From: Callorhinchus milii
Taxonomy: Eukaryota
Assembly: GCF_018977255.1 (NCBI RefSeq)
Contig: NW_024704743.1
Coordinates: forward strand, 13,022,001-13,086,000
Length of the DNA stretch: 64,000 nt
Direction: 5' to 3'
Under the pieces are notes generated by a model that was not told the DNA's origin, searched no databases, and saw only the letters and a list, made by a program, of their open reading frames with translations. Positions within the stretch are counted from its first letter, which is position 1. Each line of letters begins with the position of its first letter. Shown here one piece after another: positions 37,961 to 51,785 of the stretch. Position numbers and translations under genes: made by a program.

Positions 37961-38059
37961 ATGACAAATTCAAGTGATTCTGGCATCAAGAAAGCCCGCT
38001 GAAACACCTTTTATATGTCACGGTCCACCATCAAGGTTGACTTTCACCAAAACAGAATG

Positions 38060-38290
38060 GGTATTAAAGCCACGACCAACACCGTGATGCACTTGTACAG
38101 CATCTTTCAGAGAATGAAGCGAAAACTCACATGGGAAATAGGGAGAGGTAGGAGGAAGATGATCGAAGGCATGGGGAAAGAGGTAGATTTTGTACAAGGA
38201 TTTTGAAAGCAGTGAAGGGAGGCAAATAGGTAGAGGAATTTTGGAAGACATTTCTAGGATGCGAGACATAATAGACTGAATGACGCTGAT
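38060..38290 (-). mobile_element. Degraded L2-like 3' fragment
   Basis: Weak antisense similarity to L2 tails (cacttgtacagcatctttc...atgatcgaaggcatg...ttttgaaag). Confidence 0.45.
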
Positions 38291-40012
38291 GGATGGAAGT
38301 ATGGAGAACGTGTAGTCTGGTGCACCACCATATGGGTAAAAAAGAACTAGAATAGTTAGATCCCTAACTGTGGTGCTTTGCTATTCCACCCAGTATTTGT
38401 TTATGTGTGTGTTTTTTGGGGGTTGGGGAGAGAAAAGAAAGAGAGAGCCAACAGCTCACGAGACATAAAAGGTAATTCTTCATGGTTTCCCCTTTAACTG
38501 ATGATATATCTAGAGACTGTGCTGTCATCAAGTAGGAAAAATTGCCTACATTACATTATCTCTATTTTAGATCTCAGAAAAACAACAGATACCCTGATAC
38601 TATATGATATGATACTCAGATACCATACCATGTAACTTCAACTAATGTCATACAGTTCTTGATTTGAGTTTTATACCAAAAACAAGCAAAAAAAGCTTTA
38701 GGTTAGAACTGATACATATTTAAAAACAGGGTGAAGGTTTGAGTCAACGGTTTTAAAACTTAAACCTTGTGCTGGAATATGATGATACAGGGACACCTTG
38801 TCATAACCACAGTTGGAGGGTGGGTCCACTGGCTCACCGACCACATTATAATTGGAGCATGGAAATCTGGTTGATTTCCAGGCTGTTTGAGATTACTTCC
38901 TGCGCCGCATATTCACAGGAAGAGACATCCGACGCAACCTGATCACCCTGACGTTAATTTTTTTTTAGTGTGTTTCTTTTTTAAAAGGTCAGAGATTTTA
39001 GGAGAGCAGGAGGGGAATATCACTGCCCCCTTTCCCTCAGTAAAAGCACTAGTCTTAGAACAAAGATGAATGAATGGGGGTATTCAATATCATAAATTAA
39101 TCTAAGTACTGTATTTCATTATTCAACATTGTAGGACAGATATTTTCATTTGCTTTATTCCAAAACAAAAATAGGTAATGAACTACTGTATAAATATTTT
39201 CATTGATGCAGAAATCAGTATTAAGAGAATCCAATTAGCTTATTAGGATGAGGTATAAATCATTTGCACAATATGCCTCTCTTGTGGCTACTTTTATTCT
39301 AAGACAATTTTAATAGCATAGAACTGTATGTTCAGCTAGACTTGCAAATTGCTATTACTTATGTTTGATGGGCTTATTGATGAAGCAAAAAATTATTTAT
39401 TCTAAAATGGAATTAAAAAGTTGTTTAAAAAACTTTATGGAATTTAATTTGAAAACATTCATTTTTATCTCAGAGGAGTTTTGGTCAGAAAAGTGTTTTT
39501 TTTTTAAATTGTGATTAAACTACGTTTCCAGTCATACAAAGATTTTACAATTGTATAACATTTTACTTTTTAAAACAGGATTTTTTACTATCAATTTTAA
39601 ATTAAAGTATTTAATTTTCTTCCATCAAAGTCGAGGTGGGCCGAATGATTTTTTTGGTGGTGGAGGCTGTTGCCATTAATGTAAATTAATCTTCATTATT
39701 TTGCTCAACGAATGCCTTAGGGCACAGGATGAAACTTAATATACACCAGGTCTTGCTGATATGAGCTTTAACAAATTTGCACAAACTGCACTGTGGACTA
39801 GCAGGAACTAGGAATCATGGCCAAACCTACCTAACTTCACTCCTGTGAATATGATCAATGATTTTCCAAAGTCTTTTACTGACCATCTTACACAGAGACT
39901 CTGGACCTTCTGACATAATCCTGCCATGGGATAATCCGGCCTGGTTAACAATGACTGTGTAGTGAAATTTCAAAAACTTTTTAGATTAATACTGTAAATC
40001 GGAAATTCTCCA

Positions 40013-40298
40013 AAATAATAATAATCTTTGCATTTGATATAGGCCTTATCACATCTTCCAGACATCTCAAAGCAGTTCACAGAATATACTGTAAAGTGAA
40101 TTGACGGCATATTTTGTGGGCGAAACCATGGAAAAGCAATCCGCCAATCGACTAACAACTGGGTTTCTACTTACTGCTAGATAAACAAAGGCGTGTGGAG
40201 TAAGAAAACTTGCCCAACGTTTTGCCCTACCGGGAATCAAATCCAGGTCCTCTCACTTGCAAGGCAAGTGCTCTAACCACTAAGCTACAGAACTTCAC
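40013..40298 (-). mobile_element. Deu-SINE, long variant with an internal deletion
   Basis: Tail, central segment and tRNA head are all recognisable. Confidence 0.85.
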
Positions 40299-42499
40299 AT
40301 ATCCAGAGATTCCCAAGCACTTTGGTACAAAATAACTCTTGTGCTGATTACAGCTCCTCTCACAGCTCATTCACGTTCTGCGCTGTGCAGCCGGCAGTAC
40401 GATACTGTCTGTCTCTGTCAAAAAGCTAACCAGGGAATCACTTAAGGTGATGGAGTTGCTCTTTCTGTGTGTGTTCTCATTGTAAAAGGCTAACCTGCAG
40501 AAGACAAGATCATGTGCTTGTTGGCGCTTCCTTTGCCAAGGTTTGCAGTCTATTCAAGAGTAATTTAATCAGGATGAGGATCATGTTTATTGCCAATTGG
40601 TCCCCAAGAGATCCCATGCTTTAGTTATCACTACTGTGTTTGAGTTTCGGGATTAGTAGCAGCGAAACATTCAATTCATAAAGCAAAAAACCTCACCGCA
40701 CTGCTATTTTAAAATTCTAGCTCATGGGTGGTATTATGCAAAATACATTCAAAAATTGAATGGGAAAAGATACACATTGCAGTAAATTAAATTTCTCAGG
40801 ATCCCAGTTCCACACAAACAACAAAAAGTATAAATTACCACAAACATTTACAACACTTATTATCGATTTACTAACCCAGTGATGGCCAACTTGCAGCCCG
40901 CTTGACGATTTCAGGCATGTGTAATGCTTTTAGTCACAGAGCACTGTATCTGTGAATGGGAGGATTTCCCTTCCATTACAAGTGTTGTTCTAATGACAGA
41001 ATTTTGCCCTAAAGGTAGTTTTAATTATTCAGTTTAAAAATTATAAGGCAGTTTAGTCGTCTACAGATGTTCCCCAACATAGTTAGGATAAAATCCCCAT
41101 GTCCACAATTGGAACCTTGTCTTCTTTGCCCCAACCCTCCTGCTCCTGTTCTTAGACAATACGAGAAGGGCACTATATAAATGCAAGTATAAATGTAAAG
41201 CAACCTGTGGCTTACAGGCCGATGAGGCCGTCAAGAAGTCAAGGGCCCCCGAATATTCACACAAGTCTAGAAGAGTTTGTGTTCGATTGGTAGTGTATTT
41301 TCTGTTTTTTCTTGATTAAATATTTCTAGATTTATGGCATAATTCAAGAAATGTTCAATCACGAAAATATATTTTATTGGCTGACCATAAATGTTGGCCA
41401 CCACTGCTGTGGAACATTTTGTTCATCTCAATATGCATTTCTCCATATAAACATTACGAGCGTTACTAACCAAATAACCAGTTCTTATGGAGTTGGAATA
41501 TACAATGAAGTTGAGAATCAAACTGTATCTCTGGTTTAGACGTCTAATGCTCCATCAACAGAACTAACGAGCAACATAGTTGTAAATAAAGGCTTAAGCT
41601 TTGCTTTTTTTCCTACATTAATGATACAAAAGAGATGGCAGAAGAGTTTCCAAGCTGTATGTGATGAGACTGTACTCAGAAACACATCACCCAAAACTGA
41701 AAGATCCAACACATACCATTACGCATTTAGAACAACAGAAGAAGTCTTCAAGTCAATGACACAACTTATTTTAACAGTGAAATATCACTGCAAGACAGAC
41801 ACTGTGGCTTCATGAGGTGTAGTGTAATTGTGGACTACTGTCAAACGTTTCTCACTAATTGCAGTAGCATTCAACAACATCAAAAGTGTAAGGCTAACAC
41901 ATTGTGTTCTGTGAGGGAAAATTAATGGCCACTTTAATTTGAGTTAAACATCCCTTGATGGAACTTGGCTATCCTGTCACAGGCCAGTTGTCTTACCATC
42001 ACTCTACTCACTTCAAGATTAATTGAAACTTTTGAATTTTTGTTTATGAATTGAACTGAAATGCACACCAAAAGTTATGATTATGATGCTAAGCGGGATT
42101 AAAGCTCTGAGACATTATTCTACGAGAGGGGCACTATATAAATGCAAGTATTAAAATATCATACAGGGCTAAATACAGTAAACTCCTGATAACAAGACAC
42201 TGGCTTAACTAGTCACTGTCACTTACCATTCTTTCAATATTCCAACTACTTACAATGCAAAATGTTACTAAGGGACTGGACTCCGCTTGACATGTCACTC
42301 TACTTAACATATAATTAGTCGCATTCTAGAAATCCTTGTAAGTACTTACAATATAAAGTTGATCAGATAACTAGTCCTATAAGATGGCATCTTGCATCTC
42401 AGAGACCTCCTCCCCATCCTAATGATTGGTGCAGGTGCTGGAGACCTCTGGTCTGTTGGAGGGCCGCGCTGTGGCTTTCTGCCTCACTTCCTACCCTAT

Positions 42500-42660
42500 C
42501 CTGTAGCTCAGTGGTTGGAACCCTTGCCTTACAAGTGAAAGGACCTGGGTTTAATTGCTGTGTGCAATTAGCAGCTGCGTTTCACCCACGAATTATACAG
42601 TCAATTCACTTTGGACGTCCTTCCGACTTGAAAGGCACTATACAAACGTAATTTTGTTGG
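42500..42660 (+). mobile_element. Internally deleted SINE (head joined to Deu/tail)
   Basis: cctgtagctcagtggttgg...ctgggtttaattgctgtgtgcaattagc. Confidence 0.6.
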
Positions 42661-43032
42661 CGGAGTTGTTGTATATTCTGTGCAGTGCTTGGAGACGTCT
42701 CGAAGACGTCTCGAAGGCTTACTTGCACAAAAAAAAGGAAACAAAACCAAATATTAGTCCCATTCGAAACACACTGTGGTTTACTGAGACCTGAAAACAA
42801 AGGACAATGAAGCACACTCAATTATTTTATAACAAACTAACTCTAAAAGAGTATTAAGAGTAAAAGTACTTATCTTTTTGTTCTGTTTAACCAAGCATCA
42901 GCAAGACCAATGGTTACCAATTAAATATTCTCCCTGATGGTTGAGACTAAAGATTCAGTATTCAGAACCAGCTAAAATAAATCAGGCCAAGATTTTTTAA
43001 AAATATTGAAGTATTTGTTATACTTAACTCAC

Positions 43033-43116
43033 CTTTACTGGGGTCTTCTGGAAGCTGTGATTCGTGTTCCGTACATTCTGGAGCCTGTAGTTCTTTTTGT
43101 GCTTCTTCAATTTTAT
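43033..43116 (-). CDS. HIVEP1: HIVEP1 short N-terminal coding exon, (D)KIEEAQKELQAPECTEHESQLPEDPSK(E); 84 nt, phase 1 to phase 1
   Basis: Not in the ORF track; read manually. Acceptor ttttaattttcag|AT, donor AAAG|gtgagt. DKIEEAQKEL matches the recalled vertebrate HIVEP1 N-terminus, and the phase fits the next exon. Confidence 0.9.
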
Positions 43117-44140
43117 CTGAAAATTAAAAATAAATGAATGTTTCTATGGCAAATAATAAAGAATGAGACAGAAAGACATCTGCAACAATATTCATTTAAC
43201 AGAAAAGATATTTTGGACAGTATGGGGAACTCTCCAGTTTATGAAAAGTTGGAAGCTTTTAACCTAAACACAGACCTCCAGCACATGGAAACAAACGGGT
43301 AATGTTCATCCCCCTCTCCCCCCACCATCAAATTCTATACGTCTGGATAGTTCACTGATTTTTCAAACTTCTGCAAATTTAGTTGGTTTTCTTTGCACTA
43401 GTTTGTGAACTTTCTGTACTTAAGGCATACAAATAAGTGTTGTAACCCTATTGTCCATAGCGTAAATTAAGAGCACTCTTGGTACAGCATCATTTTACTA
43501 TAAACAGACTGAATGCACAAAGATAGTCGTTAGTTTGGATCAATTGGCAGCCTCTCGGTCACTGTTCAGTGTCCTGAAAATAAATCTATACTTTTGATCA
43601 AGTGTTTGACTGCTAACTTGCAGCATTTATTTGGAAAATCTAACCAAAGTTTGTGTACCAGTCACATTACTTACTTATTTCTATAACACACATAGCTGCA
43701 AACCACCTGAGAAATGAGCAGAGGCCAAAGCTGTTGCCAGACAGCTTGAAGGCCATAGAATAAGTGTTTACTCCATTCCTTTGCCTCAATTGTTCACTAT
43801 AATGATGTACTTTAATGATGACAAAGATAATGTCCCCAGTTTTCAAAAAATGCATCAAAAGGCTTAAAAGATGTGCAGCTAGTAATCAAGAAATCAAGGC
43901 AATAAATTTAATGTATGGATGATTCCTCAAAGTCCTTGAACCTCGAAAGACAATATGTTGGAAGCAGACAGGAAAACTACTGTAAACAGGATTTGTTCTT
44001 CAGGAAAACAATCTCATACCCTCTAAGTATTCCGGATATAAAACATGAGCATCGCAGGCTTGCAGTACATCCTGTTATTCAGGGAATTCAACTGACCAAC
44101 AAAGACTTAAAAAAACTTCTCCGTGGTCACAAGGTCCTTG

Positions 44141-44198
44141 CAATTAATTAAACATACCTTTGTGATGGCCAATTAATTAAACATACATTTGTGATGGC
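44141..44198 (+). repeat. 29-bp tandem duplication
   Basis: caattaattaaacatac(c/a)tttgtgatggc twice. Confidence 0.85.
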
Positions 44199-44799
44199 CA
44201 GTTATTTTTCCCACACAGAAAATTGGATATTTATTTCAAATTCATAAGCAGTTTGCAACTTAGCTTTCCATCAAGTTGACAGTGATCAAAGAGCTCCTAC
44301 ATTAAGGGAAACTAATAATCAACAATTGATCTCAATGCAAACTCACATAGTCAGATCGTTTGCTAGCACAGAGGGTCACTTACAAACGGATGATATGCCA
44401 GAGAAATGGCAATTAAAGAGAACAGAAAGCTGCAAAATAAGTTTTTTTTAAAAAAAGCTGATATCTGCTCATATACTGAACATGCCAAAAAAAAACAGTC
44501 TCTACCCTCTACAGCACAACCCTGTGATGCGCCTTGAGATGTTTTGACTATAAGGCACAATATCAAATGCAAGGATTATTATGAAGTAACTGGAGCAAAC
44601 ATTTCCACAGTACTTATTCTGCAGAATTAATACTACCTGAATTTTTCATTCAGACTAACAGAAATGACATACTGTTCAACACAAAAACATTTTTGTAGTA
44701 TTGATAAGCTAAATTAATTAGCATAAAAACCAATATATTTTATTTAACCAGCGAACAAAATAAGTCATTCAATTTAACAGTAATACCTACAACACCCTC

Positions 44800-45203
44800 A
44801 ACAACAACAACAAATTACGTTTGTATTGCGCCTTTCACGTTGGGAGGATGTCCCAAGGCTCTGAACAGTCAGGGATCTGCACCCGAGCTGGTGGTTAGGA
44901 TCAGGAGGAAATGTAAGCCGGGGAAGGGTAGGAGGGTGACCGAAGGCATGGTTGAAGAGGAAGATCTTGAGATGGGTCTTGAAGGAGGAGGTGAGGCGGA
45001 ACTGTGCGATGGAGTTCCAGAGGGTGCTGGCAGAGAGGTTGAAGCCCCGCCCGCCAAAGGTGGGGCGGGCATGGTGGTGGACTTGAAGGGAGGCTGCAGC
45101 CCGCTGAGCGGAGGGAGTGGGACAGGTTGGTAGGGGGTGAGGAGGTCACAGAGGTAGGCAGGAGCAAGGCCGTGGAGGGCCTTGAAGGTGAGGACCAGGA
45201 TCT
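44800..45203 (-). mobile_element. L2 LINE 3' end
   Basis: KILVLTFKALHGLAPAYLCDLLTPY; (CAA)n tail at ~44800-44812. Confidence 0.85.
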
Positions 45204-46048
45204 TAATAAGTATATTAAATAAATAGAATCTATGAAGTCTTACGTGCACATAGAAGATTCACCAGCTGAATCAATCTCTACACAGCTGAGATCAAATATC
45301 TGGAAATACTTCGAATCTATCTCCACGCATGACTCAATATACTTTGTCTATTGTTTGGGATTGTGTGTAAGCATTAAAGTATAGTCAATGGAAGTGCAAA
45401 TCATAATTTTCATATTCAAGCACTGCTAAGATGATTTCATGAGATGTCAACAATTATACTGGATGTAATTTAACTACTATCATAATCTGATGTCACATAA
45501 GTAGTGTTTCTGTCATTCAGGTACGTAGCTTTCATTCATTCAGTAGCTGAAAACAAAGCAAGGAATAGTGTTTCTTTTCAGCTGGAACTATAACTGGAAG
45601 CTTTGTAATGGAAGAATGGGATGGCCATCGATCCACGTTAAGTTCATACAGCAACAAATACATTTACTACATAATCCAATTTCAGAGATCCCTCTTTCTG
45701 CAACTTGATGTTATAAAGAGAATCAACTCAAGTTGCTCCAGGAGACTGGTATGTAAAGAAAGAGAGATGGTACGAACATTTAGCATCGTTTAGCTTGAGG
45801 ATACATTCCCCATGGATTTGCCTCCTAATTTGTCACTATGTTCTTTGGAAAAAAAAATGAAATTGTAAATGCGATCCTATCCCTAAAATTAATGGACATC
45901 AATGTTTCTAATCTCAAAATATTTTCTGTTAGCAAGGCTATTTGATCTACTATGCTTCCAATATGAGTGATTACTACAGCTTGAGGTTCTGGTCATGTGT
46001 GTAGTCAATGGCATGGAGCCCAAACGCATGATGGCATTGCTTAATGTA

Positions 46049-46104
46049 AATCCAGTACCTTGTGATGCTTATGTGATATCATAAGCATCACAGGCTACTG
46101 GATT
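46049..46104. repeat. 25-bp stem, 6-nt loop hairpin
   Basis: aatccagtaccttgtgatgcttatg-tgatat-cataagcatcacaggctactggatt (2 mismatches). Confidence 0.85.
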
Positions 46105-46495
46105 CTCAGACAAAAGAGAATCATGCAGAATGACTGTCATGTCTATTTCTCATTTTGCGTCAGTGATCTTTGAATGTCAAAGCAATATAGGACCACTTCT
46201 CCAGTATCTTAGGATCCAAAGCAGAATTCCTTGTATTGAGGTTTGTAACCTAGTTTCTTGGTAAATATCGCCGAGGTCCATCTTTGGACTTCCACGTTGA
46301 AATTAAGCAGGGCCAAATGGAGCGTTTTGCTCATTTGGCCGTACTCTGAGTCTTGCATTTGCCATAATTTGCCACATTATGTTCCAGCTTTGGAAGTACA
46401 AGTATAAATGAATCAAATGATGCTGCTCCCTTTTGAAGAATGGAGAACTGTTGTGAAAGGCATTAATAGTAATGATAATAACAACAATAATAATC

Positions 46496-47545
46496 CTTCA
46501 ATCCACCACCTCTCCTCTCACCTCAACCTTCACGGCTCTGTCCTTGACTGGTTCAGATTGTACCTCTCACACCACCTACACTTCATCTCCACAAATGATT
46601 TCTCCTCTAGCCCCCACACCATCTTGTGCGGTTTTCCTCAGGGCTCTGTCTTTGGTCCTCTCTTCTTCAATATTTATATTCTCCCTCTTGGGTGACATCA
46701 TCTGTCAGACATAAAATCCTGAATGAGAGCTAACTTTCTACAGTTGAACATCAACAAGACTGAGGCCCTCCTGATTGGCTCCCGTCAGCACCTCCTCACC
46801 TCAGGCACTGATAGCATCACCATCCATGGATGCACACTCCATCTTACTAAGCCAGTCTGGAACCTTGGCATCTTGTTTGACCCTCAACTATCTTTTCTAC
46901 CCAATCTGTGCCATGACCCGCTCTGCCTCCGCAACATTGCCCGGCTCTGACACTGTCTCACACCGCAGGCCGCCAAAATCTTCATACATGATTTCATTAC
47001 ATCGAGGCTTAACTATGCAAACTCCTTGCTTGTCGGCCTCTCCAACTCCTCCCTGCATAGAACTTTGCAGCCCGTGTCCTCTTCCGCACCAGGCTCCGTG
47101 ACTCTATCAACCCCATCCTCACCCGACTCTACTGGCTTCCCATCACACAGAGGATACAGTTCAAGATCCTGGTCCGCACCTTCAAAACCCACCATGGTCT
47201 TTCCCCATGTACCTCTGCGACTTCCTAACCCCCTACAATCCTGCCCGCTCCCTCCGTTCAATGCTTCACATCCCCCGCCTCGCTTGCCCCACTATTGGCA
47301 GATGGGACTTCTGTCATTCTGCCCCCACTCTCTGGAACTCCATCCTGCAGTCCCTCCACCTTGCCCCCTCCCTTGCCTCCTTCAAGACCCTCCTCTTCGA
47401 CTGTGCTTTCGATCACCCTGCTTTCCCCTGCCCTCCACCCTCCCCGAACCCGACCTCCAGCTCGGTCCGAAACTCTGACTGTCCAGCGCCTTGGGATGAC
47501 CTCCCGATGTGAAAGGCGCTTTACAAATGTAATTTTTTTGTTGTT
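46496..47545 (+). mobile_element. L2 LINE 3' part, same subfamily as 33030-35211, with an internal deletion
   Basis: GFPQGSVFGPLFFNIY, NFLQLNINKTE, SAPTLWNS; tail gtgaaaggcgctttacaaatgtaattttttgttgtt. Confidence 0.88.
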
Positions 47546-48106
47546 ACATTTGATATAGCGCCTTTCACATTAGGAGGACCTCCCAAAGTGCCTTGCAGGA
47601 TATATTGTAAAGTGATGCGACTGTGTGGTGTTTTGTGAACACGTACGGTTAGTAGGTGATGCTTAGCTCTGGGCCTCAGCAGAATTCCATGCGCAAAGAA
47701 GCTTTGAGGGTGTGAAGCTAAGATTTTGATGTCTACAGCTTCTTACCAGTCACCCTGTATGGAGTAAATAAACTATTGATTCCAATAGAACTCTAGTTTC
47801 AAATACACCAGGAAATCAGGTGCAGGCTGACGTGGATATGATGGTGGTCTGCCACAGAACAAGAAGTCATGATACATCACGGAGCTGGTTAATTAACAGT
47901 TTAGAATTACAGATCCAGATACAAGTTAAGAAGGAGAATCTATATGCAAGTTAGGTCTTGCCACATTTGGAGTAGAAGGGCAGATTTAATTTGCATCTAA
48001 GTTTTGCGTTCAAAGAGGCAAATTTAGGAGGTACATTTAATATTCAATGCATCAAATATACCAGGTCATAAAAGGTGAGGGAGGAGCCCGTCAGGTCCTA
48101 GCAGAA

Positions 48107-48273
48107 TTCTCAACGGTGACTTCTACGAAATCGGGCCCGGGGCATTGGACTTTCTGCCTCCAAAGGGGATAACGGCTATGGAGTTTTGTTTGCTTAAAAT
48201 AACTGGCAGTCAAAGTCAATGAGCCACAAAACAAATGCTATGGGTTAGGCTTCATAGAAGTCACCGTTGAGAA
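48107..48273. mobile_element. Candidate MITE: 19-bp perfect terminal inverted repeats
   Basis: ttctcaacggtgacttcta (48107-48125) / tagaagtcaccgttgagaa (48255-48273). No TSD evident. Confidence 0.5.
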
Positions 48274-49084
48274 CATTTAATTTAATTGAGAAGGTGGGGA
48301 GGTTGAAGAGATGGGCGTTTGCAATACGTAAATCCTGGTACCTTTAATCAGATAAATATTAAAGGTACTTCCAGAGACTCAAGTGTGCATAATATTTATT
48401 ACAATGTAGATAGACTGCAGAGTGGTTTTTAATAAGCATGAATATAAAGCCTGTTGCCAAAAGAGGGAACTAAAGAGACATACAACCCTGCAAGAAAAGG
48501 TGCAGTTCTGTAGCAACTAGTCACGTGTCAAAACACGACTAGATACTGTTGCCTGCATTTTCTTACTCAAATTCATTTATATGTAAATCTGATCCTAGCA
48601 AATCACAGGAAAATCCCATTTAGTTCCAGATGATCAGTATTTATACATCAATCCCAGTTATTGGTCTAGTTATGCAGTAAATTATCTTTATCCATTCCAT
48701 CCTACTGAATAAGGTAAGATCCAATTTCACTGGAACATTGTGGAGGAATAACACATTTTACCCCTTGTTAAATATATCTATAATTTTTTTTAAAATTACA
48801 TCGTTTGTACCCCGCAGTCACCATTAAACAGCATTAATTATGACTTGGGAATGACCACAGAGTATTAACCCTCATTGTTTGGTATCTGAGTTCACGATGC
48901 TGCTACGGTGCTACATTTGAACAGTTCATTTTAATCTGAATGAGACTGACCATTTTAAAGATCAGCGCACACTGAACAGGAACTAAAATAGTGTGGAAGC
49001 AAAAACAAATTAACTGACAACAAAAACCCCCCAAGACATGAGATTTTCTTTGAATGCTTAAAAAAAACCTTCAGGGGATATACT

Positions 49085-49208
49085 GGCTGCCGCATTTCCT
49101 TTACAAAATATTCAATCAATTCACTTACAGAATATTCCGTGAAGCGCTTTGAGACGTCTCGAAGACATGATAATGCGCTATACGAAATGCAAGGATTATT
49201 ATTATTAC
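49085..49208 (+). mobile_element. Deu-SINE 3' fragment
   Basis: tggctgccgcatttcc...gcgctatacgaaatgcaaggattattattatt. Confidence 0.7.
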
Positions 49209-49349
49209 AATCTGAAATTGTAACAGAAACAGAATCCCATTCCAGATTGTGGAAATCCCCTGCAAGGCACATATTTTCTTTGAATGTTTAAAGATTTTCT
49301 TTGGACTAGCTGAAAATGCAACAAGACTTAACCCATATTTCAACGATAA

Positions 49350-49625
49350 CCAAAACGCCCCAAAACTTTGGAATGCTCTCCCTCAATCCCTCCACCTTGC
49401 CCCCTCTCTCCCCTTTTTCAAGTTTGGGTCGCACTCCCGACGTGAAAGGCGCTCTATAAATGTAATTTTGTGTTGTTCCACCTGAAAACCTTCCTCTTTG
49501 ACCATACTTACGGCTACCTCCCACCACCCCCCCAGCTCGGAGTCAGGCTCCGCCACTGTTAAGCACTCTGAGAAGTTATCCTGAGTGGGGGGCGCTATCT
49601 AAGTGCAAGTTGTTGTTGTTGTTGT
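49350..49625 (+). mobile_element. Two adjacent L2 3'-tail fragments (both subfamilies)
   Basis: APKLWNALP...cgtgaaaggcgctctataaatgtaattttgtg, then ...gggggcgctatctaagtgcaag(ttg)n. Confidence 0.65.
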
Positions 49626-50574
49626 AACCATATAATGACTATTTCTTCAGAAAACGTACCTTAACTTGGTCACAGCATACATCCAATTCAGCACCAAGGC
49701 TACCAAATGTTTCCACTAATCAATACACTCTCAACATGAATACAATATTCTACCTTTATAAGTCCCTGAGATCGTATATATATGTATATATATCAGTATA
49801 TATCCTGTAGATTCGAGACATGGGAGTCTGCAAAATAAATCCCTGAAATTTCATTCCCTGAAAAACAGCACTGCACACAAGATAGAAGTGTATAAATGCG
49901 ATAATTCTTCAGAAGATGGTATATAGAAACCTTTACTTACCTCTTACAGTAGTACTGGAATGTTACATTATATTGGAAATAGAAAAAGGTGAATCGATGT
50001 GAAGTTCATTGCTGTTATCAGAGAGCAAAGACATTCCCTGTGAACAATTCCAGAGCATGAATGAACCATTAAACTGTGCCCAGATGAGCCTTGTTTTTTT
50101 TACACAGAAATTTACTGCAACTGAAGGAGCCGCGGTGTCCAAGGAAATACATAGGCACGGCTACTGTGCCATTCAATTCTACAAGCAAGCTGTTAGCAGC
50201 GATCTACAGATAATGAGAACAGTGGAGCAATGATTCGCCTTGACAAATACACTTTGATTTCAAGCCAACACTTTTCCATCCTTCTAGGCAAATCAATTTA
50301 GTTATTCCATGCACATTACATGCCTCCACCTGAACTATATATCAGACAAACGTGCTGAAAGGACTGTACTTTTGCAGGTTCGAAACAGGAAGTTGGTAAT
50401 ATGGAAGGAATACCCTTTGTAGTTTCACGTAGTCAACCAAGAGTCTCCCCATGCATGACTGGAATCCAGTGATGCCTGAATCAGAAGATCTCAAACATTG
50501 GTTATACACGGAGAAGTTGTAGTGATTTTAGATAACAGGGAACCTTTTCAAATTCCCGTGGCTGTACATCTCTG

Positions 50575-50785
50575 TCATAGATTCATAGATTCATAGAATG
50601 ATACGGCACCGATGGAGGCCATTCGGCCCATCGAGTCTGTGCCGGCTCTTTGACAGAGCAAGTCACTTTCACTTACCCCAATCGCCAGCTTTCTCCCCAT
50701 AACCCTGCAAACCCGTCTTCCCCAGATACCTATCCAATTCTCTCTTAAAAGCTGTTATCGAATCGGACTTCACTACCCTTTCAGT
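50575..50785 (-). mobile_element. CR1-clade LINE 3' tail
   Basis: (catagatt)n then ggaggccattcggcccatcgagtctgtgccggctct...tatccaattc. Confidence 0.75.
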
Positions 50786-51484
50786 GAAATTGATGAGATT
50801 TTGCAGAAATTTAATGCCATCCTTCCCTCACCCCCCCACCACAGACAAAAAAACAAAAATTAAAGTACTACCAGCCTCAAGGAACTCACCAAAGAAATGA
50901 GATCCTTTAGAACAATGAAATGTAAATAATTGTAATGGTAACATTAGGGATTTGTAGCGTTAATCGGAGAAGCCGGTATATTTATTTGCAAATTCATGCT
51001 TCAAACAGAATCTTTTCTTCCTAATACTGTTTGTATGAAAAATTGAGACTTCATTTGGGCAATAAAAAAAAATGCAAAACCAAGTATCCCCCGAATGTGG
51101 ATCAATGAACGTAGATCAATTAATCTGCTTCAAATTACCAGGTTTCTGCAAGATTCCTAGAGGTTCATTCTTCTCACCATTTGTGCTTACCATATATGTT
51201 ACTTCTGGAGCCCATGCCAAAGGCAAAACATAAATTGAATGAGTTTCAGAATGTCAAATCCTAAATATGAAAGCACCTATTGCAAATTTTAATTTCCATT
51301 GACCACTTCTCTGTAGCGGTGTACAACAGCTCTGCAAGGCCGATTCAAGGGATTCGGATACCCCGCTCAAGTGGTATCATTCAACAACTGGAGGATACTT
51401 TGAAATAATAAAGCCATCAAAAGACCAAATCAACTGAATCATATTGGTATTGTAAATAATAATAATAAATTTGTCAATGAATCC

Positions 51485-51785
51485 ATGACTGTTTGTGGGA
51501 CACTGCTGTGTGCAATTGGCTACCATATTTTACCCACAAAATACAGTGAATTCATTTTTCAGTATATTCAGTATATTTTGAGGTGTCTCGAAGATGGGAT
51601 AAGATGCTATATCAAATGTGACGATTATTATTATTATTATTATTGTACTGTTCCTTTTAAAAGCCACAGGGTAAACCAAATAATAATGGAGTAAGGAAAC
51701 TTGCCTAAGGTGTTGTCCTGCCCAAGAATCAAACCCAGGTCCCTTTATTTGCAAGGCGAGTGGTCTAACCAGTACCCTATGACTC
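51485..51785. mobile_element. Deu-SINE 3' half (+, 51485-51645) next to a SINE head (-, 51685-51785)
   Basis: Deu domain plus (att)n; antisense head ggagtaaggaaacttgcc...cccaggtc...gcaaggcgagtg. Confidence 0.7.

Noticed and set aside
49935..50040. Strong donor AGAG|GTAAGT as the missing first coding exon
   Set aside because: There is an in-frame TAA eight codons upstream and no MPRTKQ-like peptide; it could at most be a non-coding exon.
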